NCBI GenBank assembly: GCA_021324975.1
Contig: JAJPIA010000101.1
Coordinates: forward strand, 13,924 to 77,923
Length of the DNA: 64,000 nt
Direction: 5' to 3'
Source: Bacillota bacterium
GTDB taxonomy: Bacteria > Sysuimicrobiota > Sysuimicrobiia > Sysuimicrobiales > Segetimicrobiaceae
The notes under the pieces are model-generated. The model was not told the origin of the DNA and ran no database searches. It saw only the letters and a list, made by a program, of their open reading frames with translations. Both the position numbers and the translations under genes were made by a program. Shown here in pieces: positions 56,723-64,000 of this stretch; within the stretch, counting starts at the first letter, position 1; each line of letters opens with the position of its first letter.

Positions 56723-57751
56723 TCAGAGCCCGAGCAACCCCTCGGCGTTCCCGCCGAGGATGGCCGCCCTGTCCGCCTCGGACACCGGCAGCGCGCGAAG
56801 ACTCTCGACCATCTTCGAGAGGCTGCCGATCTGATGAGGATAGTCGCTCCCGGCGAGCACATGGCCGGGACCGGCGAAGTCGACGGCCAGGCGCAGCGCG
56901 TTGACGTCGAAGTTGACGGTGTCGTACCAGCACTGCGTCTTCAGGTACTCGCTCGGCGGCTTGCGAATGTGCTCGCGGCACTCCCGGAACGCCTCGTACC
57001 CGCGATCCAGACGCTCGGCGAGATACGGCAGGGCACCGCCGAGATGGCTCAACACCCAGCGGATCCGGGGGAACCGCTCGAGCACGCCCGCGAAGATGAG
57101 GTGCGCCGCCGCGAGCGTCGTGTCGAACAGAAACCCCACGAGCGGCATGAGCCAGTACCCGGTCATCGCCTCCACGCCGACCGGCGAGGTGGGATGGATA
57201 TGCAGAATCGCGCCGCGGTCGTTCGCCGCCTCGTACAGGGGCCAGAAGCGGCGTTCCGCGAGCGCCACGCCGTTGACGTTGCTGAACAGCATCGCGCCGC
57301 GCAGGCCGAGCTCCCCGAGACACCGCTCCAGCTCGCGGACGGACGCCGCGGGATCGTTGAGCGGCAGCGTCGCCAGGACGCTGAAACGACGCCCACGCTC
57401 GGCGGCCACCGCGGCGAACGCATCGTTCACGAGCGCCGCGAGCGCCACGGCGCGCTCCGGCCGCTCGACGTGCGTCCCGGGGGTGGTCAGGCTCAGGACC
57501 TGCCGGTCGATCCCGTGCCGGATCAACACCTCCTCCCGGTACGCGATGTCGCGGTGGCCCCGCACGGCGATGTTGTAGTCGCCGGGGTAGTGGAGCAGCG
57601 GATTGCCGTCCTGATCGTACGTGACCCGGACGTTGCCGGGATCCTTGGCCAGCGCCTCCAGATACGCGGGCGGGTAGAAGTGGTCGTGCATGTCGACGAT
57701 CGGCACGGGTATCCCTCCCTCACGAGCGCCTGCGACCTGTGCGTGCTTCAA
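56723..57751 (-). CDS. amidohydrolase-2 family (ACMSD-like metal-dependent hydrolase/decarboxylase, PF04909-type)
   Basis: IVDMHDHFYPP, HLGGALPY and SDYPH motifs. Confidence 0.8.
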   Translation of the reverse strand: MKHAQVAGAREGGIPVPIVDMHDHFYPPAYLEALAKDPGNVRVTYDQDGNPLLHYPGDYNIAVRGHRDIAYREEVLIRHGIDRQVLSLTTPGTHVERPERAVALAALVNDAFAAVAAERGRRFSVLATLPLNDPAASVRELERCLGELGLRGAMLFSNVNGVALAERRFWPLYEAANDRGAILHIHPTSPVGVEAMTGYWLMPLVGFLFDTTLAAAHLIFAGVLERFPRIRWVLSHLGGALPYLAERLDRGYEAFRECREHIRKPPSEYLKTQCWYDTVNFDVNALRLAVDFAGPGHVLAGSDYPHQIGSLSKMVESLRALPVSEADRAAILGGNAEGLLGL

Positions 57752-57805
57752 TTGCCCGGGCTTCCAGGTCGGTTCTCACACGGCGACCCGCGTACCGCGG
57801 GCCCG

Positions 57806-58651
57806 CTACCGCGACGCCAGGTCCGCGATACGCTTCGCCGACCGGTACACCGGTACATCGATCATCTTACCGTCCACCTCGCAGACCCCGCCGGCGGCGC
57901 GCTCGTAGGCGTCGACGACGCGGCGGGCCGCCGCCACCTCATCCGGGGACGGTGTGAACACACGGAGGATCGGCCCCACCTGCCGGGGATGCACCGCCAG
58001 CTTGGCCGTGTACCCCAGCGCTTTGCTCCGCCGGGTCTCCTCGATCAACGCGGCGTCGTCGGCGTCGCGCAACCCGGGATAGGGAACGTCCCAGGCGACG
58101 ATGCCCGCCCCCGCCGCGGCGCGCACGACCTGGGCGCGGTGGGGGAGCATCGGCTCCCACGCGAGCTCGGCGCCGAGGTCGGCCGCGAGATCCATGGCGC
58201 CAAAAGCGAGCGCGGCGACCCCCGGCGCGCCGGCGATCTGCTCCGCGTAGCGCAGGCCACGCGCCGTCTCGACGAACGGCACGAGCGGCGCGAGCGCGCG
58301 CCCGAGCACGCGCGCGAGCAGGCATAGTTCCGCAGGGTGTTCGGACTTCGGCACCAGGATGGCGTCGGGCCGCCCGCCGCTCGCGACGAGCGCGGAGACG
58401 TCGTTGAACCCGGCCACCGTGCCCAGGCAGTTGATACGCAGGCAGCGCAGGAACCCGCCGTCCCCCGAAACGGTGCGCAGGTACTGCAATACGAGGGCCC
58501 GCGCTTCGTCCTTCCGGCCGGCGGCGACGGCGTCCTCGAGGTCGAGGATCTGGCCGTCCGCGCCAGTGGACTGCGCCTTGGCAAAGCGATCGGGGCGGTC
58601 GCCGGGCGTAAAGAGCAAGGTCCTCACCGTGCGGAGGTCGGCGCGCGGCAT
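57806..58651 (-). CDS. HpcH/HpaI aldolase / citrate-lyase beta (CitE) family CoA-ester lyase
   Basis: RTLLFTPGDRPDRFAKA...DLEDAV motif typical of CitE and malyl-/citramalyl-CoA lyases. Confidence 0.85.
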   Translation of the reverse strand: MPRADLRTVRTLLFTPGDRPDRFAKAQSTGADGQILDLEDAVAAGRKDEARALVLQYLRTVSGDGGFLRCLRINCLGTVAGFNDVSALVASGGRPDAILVPKSEHPAELCLLARVLGRALAPLVPFVETARGLRYAEQIAGAPGVAALAFGAMDLAADLGAELAWEPMLPHRAQVVRAAAGAGIVAWDVPYPGLRDADDAALIEETRRSKALGYTAKLAVHPRQVGPILRVFTPSPDEVAAARRVVDAYERAAGGVCEVDGKMIDVPVYRSAKRIADLASR

Positions 58652-58706
58652 CGCCGAGGAGTTCGTGACGGGGTTGTGAACCGCCTCCCCTACGGTGTCA
58701 GCGGGG

Positions 58707-60344
58707 CTACTTGAAAATCGAGTACTCGATCTCCTTCGCCGTGATGAACTCGAGGAGCGCGGGGGTGCCGTCCTGCGTCGTTCGCACCGCCCGCCGGATC
58801 GCGGGCACGATCTGCGACGGTTCGGTCACGCGCTCGCCGTAGCCTCCCAAGGCCTGCGCCAGCGCGGCGTAGTTGCCGGAAATGTCGGTGCTCCGGTACT
58901 TCTCGGTGGCGACTTTCATGATCGGCAGCTCGATGGCCATGCTGAAGTTGTTGAGGAGCACGGACAAGATCGGGAGCCGCTCGCGCACCGCCGTCTCGAA
59001 GTCCATTCCGGTGAATCCGATCGCGGCATCGCCCCAGACGTTGATGCAGAGTTTCTCCGGGGCCAGGAGCTTGGCCCCCATGGCCAAGCCGAGGCCGTAG
59101 CCCAGCTGGGTCGTCTTGCCCCATCCCACGTACGACAACGGTGTCTCCGCGGTCCAAAACGGCGACAGCTGGTCGCGGGGGCTGCCGGCGTCGTGCGTGA
59201 TGACCGTATTGGGCACGTCGACGGTGTGCAGCAGATCCCAGATGACCCGGTAGGGCGATAGCGGCACCTCATCGGACCGGAGTTTCGGCATCCACCGCTC
59301 CATCCACCGCGCGCGGACGGCCGCGATCTCACCGGCCGTGGCGACGGCCTGCTCGCGGCGGGGCGCCGGGACGCGTTCCTTGACCGCGGCGAGCACGGCC
59401 TCGAGCGTCACGCCCGCGTCCCCCAGCAGCACGTGGTCCGCGTCCACGTCCTTGTTCACGTCGGCGGGGTCCAGGGTCGCGTGGATGATCACCTTGCCGG
59501 GCGGCATGGCCACGCCGTAGTTCGTGGTGGCGAAGCTGCAGCCGATCCCAAAAATCACGTCGGCGTTTTGGAGAAACTGATGCACCGGCTGCGGCACCGA
59601 CCGCCCGCCCGAGCCCAAGGAGAGCGGGTGCGTCTCCGGAAACGCGCTCTTGCCCTGGAGGCTCGTCGTCACCGGGGCGCCGAGCCACTCCGCCAGGGTG
59701 CGCAGCGAGTCCCACGCGCGCGCATAGTGCACGCCCTGCCCGGCATAGATCACCGGCCGCGCCGCCTCGGCGAGCACGCCGGCCACCGTGTCGACGGCAC
59801 GCGGATCAGGCGCGGTGCGTGCGGAGCTGACGGGCCGGTAGCGCAGGGACTCGGGGAGCTCCTCCTCCAGCACGTCCGTGGGAAACTCCACGAGCACCGG
59901 CCGCGGCCGGCCCATGCGCACCTGGGTAAACGCCCGCCGCATCGCCGCCGGAGCCTCGCGGGCGAGGAGGACCTGCTCCGAGGATTTGGTGACGTAGCGG
60001 TAGGCAAGAGCCGCGTTGAAGTTCGGGGGCACGTTCGTGAGGCGCCGTGGATAGCCGGCGGGCAACACGACGATCGGCACCGAGTCGCCGTACGCCTGGG
60101 CCACGCCGCCAAACGAGTTTTCCGCCCCGGGACCATGCTGCATCGCGAAGACGCCGATCGTCTGCCCCGAGGACAGCCGGCTCACGGCGTCCGCCATGTG
60201 CAACCCGGTCCGCTCCTGCCGGACGATGATGGTGCGCACGTCCGCCGCCGCGGCCGCTTCGATGATGGGATTGACCGGGTACCCGATCAGAAACGCCACG
60301 CCTTCGCGCTTGAGGATCTGCGCCACCGCCGCCGCCACGTTCAT
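58707..60344 (-). CDS. thiamine-diphosphate-dependent enzyme (acetolactate-synthase/oxalyl-CoA-decarboxylase/2-hydroxyacyl-CoA-lyase superfamily)
   Basis: Pyr, central and PP domains in order, including the ThDP-binding GDAAIGFTGMDFETAVR...NN motif; 545 aa. Confidence 0.85.
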   Translation of the reverse strand: MNVAAAVAQILKREGVAFLIGYPVNPIIEAAAAADVRTIIVRQERTGLHMADAVSRLSSGQTIGVFAMQHGPGAENSFGGVAQAYGDSVPIVVLPAGYPRRLTNVPPNFNAALAYRYVTKSSEQVLLAREAPAAMRRAFTQVRMGRPRPVLVEFPTDVLEEELPESLRYRPVSSARTAPDPRAVDTVAGVLAEAARPVIYAGQGVHYARAWDSLRTLAEWLGAPVTTSLQGKSAFPETHPLSLGSGGRSVPQPVHQFLQNADVIFGIGCSFATTNYGVAMPPGKVIIHATLDPADVNKDVDADHVLLGDAGVTLEAVLAAVKERVPAPRREQAVATAGEIAAVRARWMERWMPKLRSDEVPLSPYRVIWDLLHTVDVPNTVITHDAGSPRDQLSPFWTAETPLSYVGWGKTTQLGYGLGLAMGAKLLAPEKLCINVWGDAAIGFTGMDFETAVRERLPILSVLLNNFSMAIELPIMKVATEKYRSTDISGNYAALAQALGGYGERVTEPSQIVPAIRRAVRTTQDGTPALLEFITAKEIEYSIFK

Positions 60345-60347
60345 CCG

Positions 60348-62045
60348 TCACCGCCTCAGTTCGGCGAAGTCGTCCTCCCAAAACTCCCGCTCGCCCCGCC
60401 GGTTCGCGGCCCGCAGCTCCAGCTCGCGTGCGCGCAGCTCGACCCGCCGGATCTTTCCCGAGATGGTCTTGGGCAGGTTGCCGAATTCCAGCCGCCGGAT
60501 GCGCTTGTACGGCGCAAGACGCTCCCGCGCAAACTGAAAGATCGCCAGGGCCGTCCCCTCGCCGGGCTCCACGCCGGCTTTGAGCGTCACGTAGGCCTTG
60601 GGCACGCTCATGCGGGTGGCGTCCGGGCTCGGTACGACCGCCGCCTCCGCGACCGCCGCGTGCTCGATGAGTGCGCTCTCAAGCTCAAACGGGCTGATGC
60701 GGTAATCCGAGCTCTTGAACACATCGTCGGCGCGGCCGACGTACCAGAGATAGCCGTCGCCGTCGCGGGCCGCCACATCGCCGGTCTCGTAGTAGTCCCC
60801 CTCCAGCGCGGCCTGCGGCCCGCCGTGCTCCTGAAAGTATCCGTGCATGACGCCGACCGGCCGCGGGCGTAGGTGCACCGAGACCTGTCCCTCGTCGGCG
60901 GCCCGGCCGCCGGCGTCGAGGAGCGCGATACGATACCCCGGCAGCGGCCGCCCCATCGAGCCGCTCTTGACGGGCTGGCCGGGCGTGTTGCCGATAAGCG
61001 CGGTCGTCTCGGTCTGCCCGTATCCGTCCCGCACGGTCAGGTTCCACGCGGCACGCACGCGCTCGATCACCTCAGGATTCAACGGTTCGCCGGCGCTTGC
61101 AACGGAGGTGAGGCGAATCGCATGGGCCCTCAGGTCTTCCAGGATGAGCATCCGCCAGACCGTGGGTGGCGCGCAGAGCGACGTGACGCCGGCGCGCACG
61201 ACGGCGCCGAGGATCTGCCTGGCGTCGAAGCGCGGCTGATTGTAGACGAAGATCGTGGCACCGGCGTTCCATGGGGCGAACAAGCAGCTCCAGGCATGCT
61301 TGGCCCAGCCGGGCGAGCTGATGTTGTAGTGGACGTCCTGCTCGCCGAGACCGAGCCAGTACATCGTCGACAGATGCCCGACCGGGTAGCTCCGATGCGT
61401 GTGCACGACCATCTTCGGCTTGGCGGTGGTGCCCGAGGTGAAGTACAGGAGGAGCGGATCGTCGGCGTGCGTGACGCCGTCGGGACTGAAGCGCAGCGGC
61501 GCCTCGCCGGCGCCGTCGTAGGGCACCCAGCCCCGCGCCGGTGCGCCGACCGCGATCCGTGTGTGCGACCCCCCGAGGTCGCCGAGCCGCTCCGCAATCC
61601 CCCCATCGACGATCAGGTGGCGGAGCGCGCCCCGAGAGATCCGGTCCTGCACGTCGGCCCGGTTGAGAAGCGTGGCCGCCGGACTCAGCACCGCGCCGAG
61701 CTTCATCGCGCCGAGCGTGAGTTCCCACAGCGGCGCGACGTTTCCCAACATCAGCAGGATGCGGTCGCCGCGGCGTACGCCGAGACGCCGCAGGAAGTTC
61801 GCGGCACGGTTAGACCGTTCGTGCAGATCGGCAAACGTGAGGACGTCATCGGCGCCCGAGTCGGACGCGATCCGCAGCGCGGCACGCCGGTTGCCGGCGG
61901 CATACGCATCGAAGTAATCGAGGGCCCAGTTAAACTCTGCCGTCGCGGGAGGAACGAACCCCTGGTACGCCGCTTCGTAATCGTTCCGCCGCGCGATCAG
62001 AAAATCGCGGGCCTGCCGAAACGCGGTGCCGGCGCTCTCCGGCAT
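60348..62045 (-). CDS. AMP-binding acyl-CoA synthetase
   Basis: FTSGTTAKPK, YGQTET and the GKIRR C-terminal lysine motif. Confidence 0.9.
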   Translation of the reverse strand: MPESAGTAFRQARDFLIARRNDYEAAYQGFVPPATAEFNWALDYFDAYAAGNRRAALRIASDSGADDVLTFADLHERSNRAANFLRRLGVRRGDRILLMLGNVAPLWELTLGAMKLGAVLSPAATLLNRADVQDRISRGALRHLIVDGGIAERLGDLGGSHTRIAVGAPARGWVPYDGAGEAPLRFSPDGVTHADDPLLLYFTSGTTAKPKMVVHTHRSYPVGHLSTMYWLGLGEQDVHYNISSPGWAKHAWSCLFAPWNAGATIFVYNQPRFDARQILGAVVRAGVTSLCAPPTVWRMLILEDLRAHAIRLTSVASAGEPLNPEVIERVRAAWNLTVRDGYGQTETTALIGNTPGQPVKSGSMGRPLPGYRIALLDAGGRAADEGQVSVHLRPRPVGVMHGYFQEHGGPQAALEGDYYETGDVAARDGDGYLWYVGRADDVFKSSDYRISPFELESALIEHAAVAEAAVVPSPDATRMSVPKAYVTLKAGVEPGEGTALAIFQFARERLAPYKRIRRLEFGNLPKTISGKIRRVELRARELELRAANRRGEREFWEDDFAELRR

Positions 62046-62193
62046 GTCGCACCTCCCGAGCGTCCCGGGTCCTGGTGGCGGACGGCGATGCCGGGACGGT
62101 CTGGACGCGAGTCGCTCTTCCGACCAACGCCCGATTTCTCCTCCAGCACCATCCCGCGACCCGCCGCCGAGCGCGCCGCCGTGCTGCGCGGGC

Positions 62194-63393
62194 TCAGCCG
62201 TGGGGGTCGCGGAGGTGGCGGGTGACGCCCGCCATGATCGGGATCGTGGCCAGGATGGTGCCGCCGCCCAGGAAAAACGCGGCCTCGATGCCGGACATCG
62301 TGATCAGGACGCCCAAGACGACGGGGCTCGTGATCGAGGCGATGCGCTGAACGCCCTGCCGGATACCGAAGGCAACGCCCCAAAAGTGTGACGCGACGGC
62401 CTCGACCATGAGGCTCATGCTCAAGGGCTGCGTGACGCCGAGGCTCGCCCCGATGAGACCCGAGAGCACGACGAGCGCCCAGAATCGATGAAACAGCGGG
62501 ATCGCTCCGATCGCGAGCGCCACGAGCGCGGTCGCGCCGAGGAGCAGGCGGCGATATCCGAGCCGCTCCACGCCGCGCGACAACACCGAGCGCACCAGCA
62601 TCGAGCTCAGGCTGACCGCGGCGACGACGATCCCGATCAGCACCGTCGAGAGTCCTACCTTGTGGAGGTAGATCGGATAGAACGACTGCTGGAGCTGCTG
62701 CGCCCAGACCATCATGAACGAGATGAACAGCACGCCGGGAACGCCCCGTTGCCCGACGATCGCGCCCACGAGCCGGTGCGCGGTGGCAAAGGAGACGTGG
62801 CGCGAGGTCGCGCGCGGGACGTGCATCGACACGGTGGACCAGAACGACGGCAGCATCAGAATCCATACGAGCGCGAACGCGGCCCGATACCCGAAGCGGC
62901 CGACGACGGCCCCGCCGAGAATCGGCCCGATCACGGCGCCGGCGGAGTTCCAGAACGAATAGTAGCCGTAGTTGCGCACGCGCGTCGCCGGAGTACTGGC
63001 CGCGGCCACGATCGCCTGCGGGGCGACGGCGAAGCCGATGTTGGCGACGGCCATGAGCGTGTACGCGACGGCGACGGCCCACACCGTCTGCACCGTGGTG
63101 AGGAGCGCGCCCGCGAGGGCGAACAAGAGGACTGAGGCCTGCGCGACGGGCACGGGTCCGCGCTCGTCCGAGAGCGCGCCGGCATGGAGCGACACGAGCA
63201 GCGGCAGGACGCCGGAGCACCCGATGATGATGCCGATCGTCGTGATGGCCGTGCCCTGCGAGACCAGGTACAGGGGGATAAATGGCGCCGCCACGTACCA
63301 CGCGGCGTTCGACAGAATCTGAAGCGCGTTGTTTGCCCACAGGAGCGCGCGCGGATCCGCGACCGCGCTGCCGCCCTCGCGCCGGAGCAGCAT
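62194..63393 (-). CDS. MFS transporter
   Basis: About 12 TM helices; the start is taken at the second ATG (MLLRREGG). Confidence 0.8.
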   Translation of the reverse strand: MLLRREGGSAVADPRALLWANNALQILSNAAWYVAAPFIPLYLVSQGTAITTIGIIIGCSGVLPLLVSLHAGALSDERGPVPVAQASVLLFALAGALLTTVQTVWAVAVAYTLMAVANIGFAVAPQAIVAAASTPATRVRNYGYYSFWNSAGAVIGPILGGAVVGRFGYRAAFALVWILMLPSFWSTVSMHVPRATSRHVSFATAHRLVGAIVGQRGVPGVLFISFMMVWAQQLQQSFYPIYLHKVGLSTVLIGIVVAAVSLSSMLVRSVLSRGVERLGYRRLLLGATALVALAIGAIPLFHRFWALVVLSGLIGASLGVTQPLSMSLMVEAVASHFWGVAFGIRQGVQRIASITSPVVLGVLITMSGIEAAFFLGGGTILATIPIMAGVTRHLRDPHG

Positions 63394-63556
63394 GGCCCCG
63401 GCGTCCTGAATCCGCAATTCCGGCTTCGGGCCTCCCGGCGATCGGCGTACTGGTCCATAATGATTCGCCGTCGGCCCCCGCGGAACCTCGGCCGGCGCGC
63501 AACGGCACCGCGCCGGTGGACGGCGCGGTGCCCACCGATTACCTAGCGCTACGCAC

Positions 63557-64000
63557 TTAGCTTTGCGGCGCCTCCGCGGTGAAATCCAGCTCGAGCTGCG
63601 CCTTGTTCTCGGCCTTGAGCATGCCGAGGATCGACGGCGGGTCGAATCCGAAGTCCGTCATCTGGATGGTCGTCTGCAGTTTCCCGGTCAGCGTGTTGCC
63701 GGACAACTTGACCGTGCCCGCAAACGTCACGGGCTTGGTGACGTCGCGGACCCGGAGCGTCCCCGGGATCTCGACCGGCGCGTCCTGCCCGTCCCGGTAG
63801 GTTGCGGGGAGCCCGTGGATCGCGGTCGGGGTAAACACCGCGGTCGGGTACTTCGTGGACTCCAACCAGTGATCTCGGATCGCCTGATCGCGCCGCCGCT
63901 TGTCCGACTGAAACGTGCTGATGTTCACTGTGACCGGCCCGATGCGGCTGTTCGAGGGGTGCGCGCGGTCGACATACGCCTCGCCCTGCACGTCGTGCGT
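63557..64000 (-). CDS. YceI family protein, N-terminus beyond window end
   Basis: YceI-like beta-barrel motifs (FGFDPPSILGMLKAENKAQLELDF); the reading frame is still open at the window edge. Confidence 0.7.
   Translation of the reverse strand, partial: THDVQGEAYVDRAHPSNSRIGPVTVNISTFQSDKRRRDQAIRDHWLESTKYPTAVFTPTAIHGLPATYRDGQDAPVEIPGTLRVRDVTKPVTFAGTVKLSGNTLTGKLQTTIQMTDFGFDPPSILGMLKAENKAQLELDFTAEAPQS

Noticed and set aside
1-64000. Whole-window scan for transposase, integrase, recombinase or toxin-antitoxin genes flanking the low-GC island
   Set aside because: None of the ORF translations show DDE, tyrosine/serine recombinase or common TA motifs. The island call therefore rests on composition and gene content only.

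Overview
This is a high-GC bacterial chromosomal window (roughly 68-72% GC by eye, with a visibly lower-GC stretch at about 21.7-27.2 kb). It is densely coding and dominated by catabolic and transport genes. I found no rRNA, tRNA, CRISPR array, transposase or integrase. Because of the GC content the six-frame track holds many long spurious Arg/Ala/Gly-rich ORFs on non-coding frames; I kept only ORFs whose translations show recognisable protein-family motifs, and re-derived starts where the track start looked too far upstream.

Gene content in order:
- 1-5 kb: a peptide/nickel-type ABC substrate-binding protein (runs off the 5' edge), an Lrp/AsnC regulator divergent from an EamA exporter, a truncated and frameshifted amidohydrolase remnant in front of an intact M20 peptidase, and a relic C-terminus of an ABC permease.
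- 5-9 kb: an AtuA-like/GntR/M20D amidohydrolase unit.
- 9-20 kb: two amidase-signature amidases (one followed by a tiny GatC/AtzG-like ORF and a RidA), an M14-like zinc peptidase, and a five-gene minus-strand operon (MaoC dehydratase, SDR, M20D amidohydrolase, threonine/serine dehydratase, argininosuccinate-lyase-family lyase).
- 20-22 kb: FabH and a small secreted intradiol-dioxygenase-like protein.
- 21.7-27.2 kb (lower GC): a small secreted Gly-rich peptide, a DCC thiol-disulfide oxidoreductase, an HTTM (vitamin-K carboxylase-like) membrane protein, two hypothetical proteins, and a large protein with an N-terminal C39-like cysteine-peptidase domain and C-terminal autotransporter-type beta-strand repeats that is split by a frameshift inside a G6 homopolymer.
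- 27-31 kb: a class-III nucleotide cyclase fused to a STAND/AAA+ ATPase and TPR repeats, next to a Crp/Fnr regulator.
- 31-35 kb: a family-III CoA-transferase/MaoC/acyl-CoA dehydrogenase/ketopantoate-reductase cluster.
- 35-39 kb: a class-A beta-lactamase-like hydrolase, an amidohydrolase and two tandem creatininase-family paralogs.
- 39-44 kb: an XPB-like SF2 helicase overlapping a DUF790 (Bax1-like) gene, an AIM24/DUF124 protein, a hypothetical secreted protein and an SDR.
- 44-51 kb: a Dpp/Opp-like ABC importer (substrate-binding protein plus two permeases, no ATPase genes nearby), a Gfo/Idh/MocA oxidoreductase and a DUF885 protein.
- 51-56 kb: cytochrome bd oxidase CydAB and a three-gene split transhydrogenase PntAA-PntAB-PntB.
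- 57-64 kb: amidohydrolase-2, a CitE/HpcH lyase, a ThDP-dependent enzyme, an acyl-CoA synthetase, an MFS transporter and a partial YceI.

The most unusual part is the lower-GC island with the HTTM-DCC-small-peptide cassette and the homopolymer-interrupted C39/beta-repeat protein, followed immediately by the cyclase-STAND-TPR gene and its Crp neighbour. All functional assignments are from motif recognition by eye; none was checked by a homology search.
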